From: an uncultured Candidatus Peribacteria bacterium
Lineage (GTDB): Bacteria > Patescibacteriota > Gracilibacteria > BD1-5 > UBA2023
DNA: 64,000 bases
NCBI GenBank assembly: GCA_964540725.1
Contig: CAZINU010000004.1
Coordinates: 12,233 to 76,232 of the forward strand
Direction of reading: 5' to 3'
Numbering within the stretch: position 1 is the first letter of the stretch; every line of letters begins with the position of its first letter. Below are positions 62,252-64,000 of the stretch, piece after piece. The translations under genes and the position numbers were made by a program. Below the pieces are notes generated by a model. The model did no database searches, was not told the DNA's origin, and worked only from the letters and a program-made list of their open reading frames with translations.

Positions 62252-64000
62252 CTACTCTTCGTCTTCTTCGAACTTGATACCGCGTTCGGTGCGGATTTTT
62301 TCGGTGATGTTCGACGGAACCGGGTCGTAGTGCGAGAATTCCATCGTGTAGGTCGCGCGCCCTTGGGAAGAGGAGCGGAGGTCGGTGGAGTATCCGAACA
62401 TTTCCGAGAGCGGAACGTAGGCGCGGATGATCTTCGCCATTCCGCGTTCGGTCATTTCGGTAATCTGACCGCGCTTGGAATTGAGGTTTCCGAGAACGTC
62501 CCCCATGTATTCTTCCGGCGTGTTCACTTCGACGAGCATGATGGGCTCGAGAAGGATCGGCTTCGCCTTCTTGGCGGCCTGGCGGAAACACTTGATGGCA
62601 GCGAGCTTGAACGAGAGTTCGTTCGAGTCGACGTCGTGGTAGCTACCGAAGGTGAGCTTGGCGCGGACGTCGACGACCGGGTATCCGGCGATCATACCGC
62701 GGGCCCATGCTTCGCGGAGGCCCTTTTCGATGCCGGGGACGTATTCCTTGGGAACGACGCCTCCGACGATCTTGTTTTCGAAAACGTTTTCCTCCTTGAA
62801 TTCCGGATCGGCCTTGCGTTCGTCCGAGGAGATCGGTTCGAAGGTAATGACGACGTGTCCGTACTGTCCGCGTCCACCGGTCTGCTTGGAATGCTTGGTA
62901 TCCTGGTCGACGACGGTCTGCGTGATGGTTTCGCGGTAGGCGACCTGCGGAGCTCCGACGTTGGATTCGACCTTGAATTCGCGCTTCATGCGGTCGACGA
63001 TGATTTCGAGGTGGAGTTCTCCCATTCCCCAGATGATCGTCTGTCCGGTTTCGGCGTTCGAAGTGACGCGGAAGGACGGGTCTTCTTCGGCGAGCTTATT
63101 GAGGGCCATACCCATCTTTTCCTGGTCGGCCTTCGTTTTCGGTTCTACCGCGACGGAGATGACCGGTTCGGGGAAGACCATGCGTTCGAGAACGATCGGC
63201 TTCGCGTCGTCGCAGAGGGTGTCGCCGGTCTTGGTATCCTTGAGACCGATGACAGCACCGATGTTTCCGGCCGGAATTTCGTCGATTTCCTGACGCTGGT
63301 TGGCGTGCATCTGGAGGAGGCGGCCGATACGCTCCTTCTGACCGGAAATCGGGTTGAGGACGTACGAGCCGGACTTGAGGGTTCCGGAGTAGACGCGGAC
63401 GAAGGTGATGCGTCCGACGAACGGGTCGGTCGCGATCTTGAAGGCGAGCGCGGAGAGCGGTTCCTTCGGATCCTGCTTGAGGGTAATCTTCTTCTCCACG
63501 TCGTCCACGTCGGTTCCAGTGATGGTTCCTTCGTCGACGTCAAGCGGGGAGGGGAGGTAGTCGACGACCGCGTCGAGCACGAGCTGGACGCCCTTATTCA
63601 TGAGCGCGGATCCGCACATGAGCGGGTAGACCGAGTTCGAAATGACGCCGGCGCGGAGCCCCTTCTTGATTTCGTCGACGGAGAGCGTTCCGTTTTCGAG
63701 GTAGGCGTTCATGAGTTCTTCGGTCTGTTCCGCGGCCTTTTCGATAACCTGTTCGCGGAATTTTTCGGCTTCGGCCTTGTGGCTTTCCGGAATCTCGAAT
63801 TCGATGACCTGCTCGCCCATTTTGCCTTCGAACTTGTAGGCCTTCATCTTGATAAGGTCGATGATACCCGAGAAGTCGCCTTCTTCGCCGATGGGGAGCT
63901 GGATGGCGACGACCTTGTTGCCGGCGAGGCGGGTCTTGATGGAGTCGAGCGTCATCTTGAAGGATGCGCCGGTTTTGTCCATCTTGTTGGCGAACGCGAT
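62252..64000 (-). CDS. fusA: Elongation factor G (N-terminus lies beyond the window edge)
   Basis: ...[12 protein letters not shown]... and domains II-V are recognisable. The frame is open to base 64000. TAG stop at 62252-62254. Confidence 0.95.
   Translation of the reverse strand: MAFANKMDKTGASFKMTLDSIKTRLAGNKVVAIQLPIGEEGDFSGIIDLIKMKAYKFEGKMGEQVIEFEIPESHKAEAEKFREQVIEKAAEQTEELMNAYLENGTLSVDEIKKGLRAGVISNSVYPLMCGSALMNKGVQLVLDAVVDYLPSPLDVDEGTITGTDVDDVEKKITLKQDPKEPLSALAFKIATDPFVGRITFVRVYSGTLKSGSYVLNPISGQKERIGRLLQMHANQRQEIDEIPAGNIGAVIGLKDTKTGDTLCDDAKPIVLERMVFPEPVISVAVEPKTKADQEKMGMALNKLAEEDPSFRVTSNAETGQTIIWGMGELHLEIIVDRMKREFKVESNVGAPQVAYRETITQTVVDQDTKHSKQTGGRGQYGHVVITFEPISSDERKADPEFKEENVFENKIVGGVVPKEYVPGIEKGLREAWARGMIAGYPVVDVRAKLTFGSYHDVDSNELSFKLAAIKCFRQAAKKAKPILLEPIMLVEVNTPEEYMGDVLGNLNSKRGQITEMTERGMAKIIRAYVPLSEMFGYSTDLRSSSQGRATYTMEFSHYDPVPSNITEKIRTERGIKFEEDEE

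Noticed and set aside
1-64000. Alternative explanations for the in-frame TGAs: UGA=Trp (code 4), selenocysteine, pseudogenes or frameshifts, or programmed readthrough
   Set aside because: The interrupted positions are conserved Gly, not Trp (GLGNPG, FFSGxE, DxLGS, xxGRF with a GGA paralogue, and the TG-repeat linker). There are far too many sites, with no Cys/Sec context, for selenocysteine. The fragments are always in the same frame, so these are not frameshifts. Essential genes (pth, trmD, fmt) are affected, so mass pseudogenisation is implausible.

Overview
This is a GC-rich (about 60% by eye), gene-dense bacterial chromosome segment. It only makes sense if TGA is translated as glycine (NCBI table 25, the recoding known from Gracilibacteria/Absconditabacteria in the Candidate Phyla Radiation; the lineage call is inference). 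In the supplied standard-code ORF track about 25 genes look broken. Reading TGA as Gly joins the pieces in frame and puts Gly at universally conserved Gly positions, for example Pth GLGNPG. Every CDS I could delimit then ends in TAA or TAG, with one exception at 55306. All coordinates below use that reading. The window holds housekeeping genes (der, ftsH, galU, tlyA, trmD, fmt, prmC, typA, trxA, pth, lysS, fusA), one tRNA-Arg(CCU), an RND efflux operon with an internal TetR gene, and envelope/glycosyltransferase genes. It also holds several accessory loci: (1) a 2,232-codon Sec-signal RHS/YD-repeat polymorphic toxin with a low-GC nuclease-like tip, an Imm11-like immunity gene and a displaced orphan RHS tip; (2) a type IV pilin fused to a fibrinogen-like globular domain; (3) a lamin-tail-domain surface protein; (4) a RelE/ParE-like toxin-antitoxin pair. 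I recognised no rRNA, CRISPR array, transposase or integrase. All family calls come from motif recognition by eye, not from database searches.
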